Made by a program: the position numbers and the translations under genes. A DNA stretch of 51,162 nt from Octopus bimaculoides. Its lineage: Eukaryota. The stretch spans positions 99,845,245 to 99,896,406 of the forward strand of contig NC_068986.1 in assembly GCF_001194135.2 (NCBI RefSeq), written 5' to 3'. How positions within the stretch are numbered: position 1 is the stretch's first letter; each line of letters opens with the position of its first letter. Of the stretch, positions 45,850-51,162 are shown one piece after another. Under the pieces are notes generated by a model that worked only from the letters and a program-made list of their open reading frames with translations, made no database searches and was not told the origin of the DNA.

Positions 45850-46390
45850 CAAATACCATGTGTAGAAACGTATTTGAAAAAGAGACCTTGCTCCTATGTA
45901 AATTTGGTATGTACTATGAGATGGTGGTTCATTAAATGTTTGAATATCCAAGGCTTGCACTGAAAGAGTACAAGAAATGTCCAAGTTACAATTGTTTTCC
46001 GTTGGATGCATTGACAAAAATGAGGATTTGAACATGACTAGACATAGGGTGGACATTGATATGCTAGAATATTTGAATCGTAGAAACTTGTGGGATTTCT
46101 CCATGCAAACAGAATAAACGCGGCATCGCAGTTATTGATAAAATTCATAATATATGTTACCTTATTGGCCCATTGTGATTGCTCGACGCACAAAATAATG
46201 TAAAGAAGCAGAAAACCTGACAAATTATAACGTGCTGGAGTATGAAACCATTAGAATGTAGAAAATGTAGAAGCTGACCATCACACTACGAATCGTAGGA
46301 GCACGGGGGACAATAAAGGACAACATTGCAAATGAGATAGAGAAGATCGAAGTAGATTGTGAGTTAGAGCTACTGAAAAGAGTTTGAAGA
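45850..46390 (+). mobile_element. Decayed R4/Dong-like LINE CCHC/RLE region
   Basis: EMVVH*MFEYPRLALKEYKK, LWDFSMQT and KEAENLTNYNVLEYETIRM*KM*KLTITLRIVGARGTIK resemble R4-clade C-terminal motifs. Confidence 0.6.
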
Positions 46391-48706
46391 AATAAAATAT
46401 TTCTTGTAGTTAAATCTTTCAGACTAACAAAATACTTTCTATCACGTAACAAATTTAGTTCTAAGGGATTTAAAAAGTGTGTAAAGAAATGAGATCGTTT
46501 AGAACTAGTGTTTTTAAATCAAATATGGTTGGCGGAAATCGAATTGGTAATCGAAACAAACATATAATCATGTATACTGAAATCTAAATATACACGCTTC
46601 CTCGTGTTCCTAGTAAGAACTAACAGAACCGAATTATGTTAGAAATTGGACATGAAGTAGGTATGAGTGGGTTTCACCTCCCTCCTATATAGAGATCGGT
46701 GAAAAATAAAATCAAAAAAGCAAAGAAAAGAAAAAACTCCGAAAGTATACGTCAGGAATTGGGAAACCAAGAAACAGAACAGGAACTTCAAAGTTAAAAA
46801 AACACGTTTTGTGTATGTGTAGCGTTTGTTTTCATTTTGGATTTTTATAATTTATTTCAAGCACTTAATGTTGTATGCATGCAGTATTTAGAAACCGTAT
46901 ATTATGCATATTTTAAATCATGACGATTTTAAAGTATATTTATCTATATATTTTCTAATAATTCCTTAGGCATCCTTCTTAAATATTGTTTCTGGTTTTA
47001 GAAACTAAATTTCTGTCTTTACTTCCAGACCGTATATATTTCAGCATTTCTTTTACAGACACTATCATTTCTTGAAACTGTTAGATGGTATTCCACCTAT
47101 CATACGAACCGTCGACGGTATGCTAATTTTTATCAGTCTGAGATTTTTCTGCTGTACATCATTCCACTGTATGAGGGTCCTAGCTTTCAAAATTCTGCTG
47201 ATGCATTCTTTTCTATATAAGTCTTGGCAGCCAGAATCAGTATAAATCGCTAACTCACTTCAAGCTCCATATACTCTCTATTTACATATTGCATTTTGCC
47301 TCAATACTTGCTCTTGGTGATTACTGTGAGGAAAGTTTTGAATTTCTTTCATTCGGTTTCCGATTTGAATCTTGTATTTCGTCCACAATACTACAATTTC
47401 CCTTTGTCTATTTCCAATTTATTCCTTAGTCTTATTGTTGGCAATGCAGACTGTTTTCATAATATCATTTTATTATGGTATTCTGTAAAACATTTATAGG
47501 ATAGTTTATTGTAATTTTCACAATTTCTATTATTGTATCTCCTTTCTTCGTGCAGTTGTCTCACACTTCAACCTCTGTTTTCTATATCGTGGCTTCTACA
47601 AAGCTAGAAACGTCATTTTAACTACTTCTATTCATGTTTTGCAGTTATTTGTTTCACATTGTTCTTTACTACATATTTTTATAGTTCTATAGTGGATATT
47701 TAAAAAAAAAATTTTAAGTTGCATTAATACCGCGTCCTCATTATATTCGTGATAATCTTTATACAACAGATTTAGGTTGTATATTCTAAATATAGAAAAT
47801 AATGCTCTTGTTTTTTTGTTGTTTAGCCATATTTATTCCTTTAGCATTCAACAAAGAATATTATAAATATTCATTGCTGTAGCAGCTTTAGTTTTGTTCG
47901 TTTTTGTTTTTTTACATATAATTCGTTTCAGCATTAATGAAATGAGTCTATGATATTTCTTTCTAATAGGCTTATAATGTAGATCTTGTATTACTTTTGT
48001 ACGCTTTTCTAAGATCATATTGGAATATGTTAGGTTTAATTTAAGTATGTTATTACGTATTTAGGTGTTACTTCATTTAAATATTTCCCTTAATATCATG
48101 ATATCAGTATTTGTATGAGGAGCATGTATATACGGCTATTTTCTTAGCTTTCTTTTCAGTGAGGCAGACGACGACGCACGTCCCATACTCTGTTTAGTTT
48201 CTCACACGCCATATTGACCTAGACAAATATTTCAAACATTTCCATGCTCTCTCAGGACGGATTGTCAACCTTTCAGCTATTTTTATTACTAAATCTTTAA
48301 ATTCAGGGCCTTCTTTGTTTTCCTTTCTTTCTAACCCGGTGGTAGGCAGGGAAAATTTCCGACTTTCAAGGTAGCGTTTATTTTATTGACTGAAATCAAT
48401 GTCAAATGTTTGTTCCAGCCACTTTTTTTCTGAATGACATTGATCTCATTAACACTGGAGGTTGCCGCTTTTCTTGTTTTTATCGGTTATCGTTGATTTT
48501 GTTATGGCTGCTGCTGCTGTTTTGTTTTGGTATTGACATTCACAGTCTTTTTTTGGTGCTATATGACTTCTTGTAGCATTAGGTGCTGTGTTATAGTTGA
48601 AATTTAACATGTTCTCACCCCCTTACAGACTGGAATGCTATTAAACCCTTTCATCTCGCCTGTGTGGTTCTTTAACATTTGCTTGACCTTTCTTTCTTTC
48701 TTTCTG

Positions 48707-48746
<40 letters not shown>

Positions 48747-49055
48747 ATGTGGCTGTCATTTCAACGTTATTATGAGACGAATTGTAACCATTCATTTCGT
48801 GAAAGCAAAATGTCCCTTTAACAAAAATGATATTCACTCAATAATATTTCTTTGAGACTGGGAAAATATTATAGAAATGAAAAACTTACTACCTTCGATT
48901 CTATAAAAATAAATAAAGGCACAATCGCGTTCAATAAGAAATAGCTGAATCTTATCAAAATACTGAGAAGCGACATGGGTCCTAAATTAGCCCACAAATA
49001 TCAATAATAATGATTAGGATGATGATGATGATAACGAAACGAAACGAAGCGAAAC

Positions 49056-49357
49056 GGGCTGATTACTACCTAGCTCAGATACCAGGAAACCCCAAAATGG
49101 CTGAAGTTTATAATATAGTGCTCATGGGAAATGCCCATATCCTACGTAAAATACTGTCTGTGTGATCTCAAATTTTAAAGCAAACATAATTTTCTTATGG
49201 TTTCTTAAACATTCTCTAGAACAACACTATGTACAAATCCAAATATATGGTACCGTAGGCATAACACCTGCATGAACTTCTAACTTGTTGTCTCTTGAGG
49301 TCTCTGGGTGAGACTTGGATCCAACTTGTACAAATGCAAAACAAAAGTCAAACATAA

Positions 49358-49358
<1 letters not shown>
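49056..49358 (+). mobile_element. 5'-truncated R4/Dong-like LINE 3' end, subfamily 2, followed by (AAT)n
   Basis: GADYYLAQIPGNPKMAEVYNIVLMGNAHILRKILSV*, plus a 3'UTR shared with 34977-35128. (AAT)n tail at 49359-49425. Confidence 0.85.
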
Positions 49359-49395
<37 letters not shown>

Positions 49396-49659
49396 TGATA
49401 ATAATAATAATAATAATAATAATAAAAGTAGTAAGTAACAATAATCATTAATTGTACTTGAAGTAATAAAAATGATAACATTAATGAAAGTGATCATAGT
49501 AAAATTTAATATATGAATAGGTGTTAGATTTTAGAATTGTTAGTTGATTACATTGGCCGTAGTATGTAACAGGTACTAATTACATTCTGACCGTCCAGGA
49601 ATCAAAAGTAAATTCGACTCCACCAGAGTTTGAACTAAAATATACCACCTTACTCCTGC

Positions 49660-49667
49660 TGCGACTA

Positions 49668-49716
<49 letters not shown>

Positions 49717-49722
49717 CGCCGC

Positions 49723-49765
<43 letters not shown>

Positions 49766-49811
49766 ACTGCTACTATAACTACAACTACAACAACTACTAC
49801 TACTACTACTG

Positions 49812-49900
<89 letters not shown>
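49660..49900. repeat. (TAC)n-(TGC)n alternating compound microsatellite
   Basis: Direct inspection. Confidence 0.95.
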
Positions 49901-50484
49901 GATAGGACATTCCATACTGCAGAAACTGTTATTTCTGATGGTAGAGTGAGGATGTATCAATATATTTCGATTCATTCTCCAGGAATTATCACTTGGTTTG
50001 CAGTATGTATCGACCAAGCCGTACAAGGCCGTACAACCACGGTCAGTGCCATGTTTCTTCGATGAGCACAGTTTAATGATATGAATAGGGTAGTTATATT
50101 CATGTATGTGTTTCTATATTGGAATAAATTTATCCATTTTAGTTGATATGTTATATTTCACTTTACTTGTAGTAAATGTTTAACTTCATGATCAAAATCA
50201 TTCCAAATTCTTTAACAACTAAAGTCTATAAATATTTAATCCAAACTATCCTTCTATCTGTAGGAAAGTTGTGATTTCATGGAATTTACGCTAATCAGTC
50301 TTGCACTTTGCTCGACTGAGTAGATTTTCCTGGATGACTTTTGAACGTCGTTTTATCTCTATATGAAAATGGTCAATATAGATTATGTTGGTTCGTTGGT
50401 TGGCTGGTTAAATTCGCAGGTGAGCCTTTACATCGAACAGTGAAAGAGGGAGCCTAAAATGTACACAAGGAAGAGAAAGAAAGC

Positions 50485-50489
<5 letters not shown>

Positions 50490-50549
<60 letters not shown>

Positions 50550-50600
50550 AAGATAAACAAAATAAAAAGCATTGAGACAGAGAGAGAGAGAGAGGGAGAA
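50490..50600. repeat. (GA)n microsatellite
   Basis: Direct inspection. Confidence 0.9.
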
Positions 50601-51162
50601 ATAAGTAATACAGAACGAGTGCACTTCTGAGGCTTGGTGGCAGGAAGAGAGTGAAAAGTACGCCACACCGCCGCGCGCGCACACACACAATTGAAGACGA
50701 AAAGCAATAGCAACAGAGGAGGAGAAAGGGGTGAGGACACATACAACACACACACAGATATACATGCACGCACATACGTTCTCACACGCACATACACAGC
50801 AGCACACACATACGTACAAACACACGTACATACACGCACACACTTACATACATACATACCCGCGTACTCACACGCACATACACAGAGATATCAGCCATTC
50901 TTCACACTCTCCTGTCCCAAAAAGCACTTTTTCTTTGTCCATCTACTTCCGATCATTTCAAAAATGTAACTATACATGGATTCTTGGCGATTTTTTCTCT
51001 CCTTGGACTTTCCTGTGTCTCTTCTTTCCGAAGAAGAGCTATATTCAAGACCTAAAACAACCACTCTTTCCTTCCTTCTCTAAGCGTCTCATTAATACTT
51101 TGTATGTAATAAGTCCTAGCATTGTGCATTTTTCTTGTATTTTCTTTAAAATTAACTATATA

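Noticed and set aside
46900-48100. Possible very old APE-type LINE on the minus strand (ILC.NAKGIN-like peptide near 47840)
   Set aside because: A single weak motif amid many stops is not enough to call.

Overview
AT-rich eukaryotic genomic DNA from a fragmented short-read assembly (12 N-gaps, about 4.4 kb in total). It is probably an octopus or other cephalopod; this is inferred from the tRNA-derived SINE families and the extreme microsatellite density. I could not identify any host protein-coding gene, RNA gene, CRISPR array or prokaryotic feature. Almost everything interpretable is microsatellite or decayed transposable element: four tRNA-derived SINE families (labelled A-D here), at least eight fragments of R4/Dong-like RLE LINEs, a HERO-like LINE tail with an 18-bp TSD, and Tx1/L1-like and CR1-like 3' ends. 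There are also five Penelope-like (PLE) coding remnants plus four short PLE terminal-repeat-like units, a Gypsy integrase remnant, a DD37D (maT-like) mariner remnant, an internally deleted Helitron with an intact 3' hairpin/CTAG end, a 672-bp TIR element, and a 1.7-kb TTAA|GAG...CTC|TTAA element (Sola3-like) carrying an uncharacterised zinc-finger/C-terminal domain. The items most worth follow-up are the Sola3-like element, a minimal hammerhead-like fold repeated in the four PLE terminal units, apparent microsatellite targeting by two LINE groups, a SINE/LINE shared 3' tail, and a 156-bp locally duplicated insertion inside a SINE. I see no convincing evidence of a wholly new multi-gene system. 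All family assignments come from manual translation and motif recognition, not database searches.
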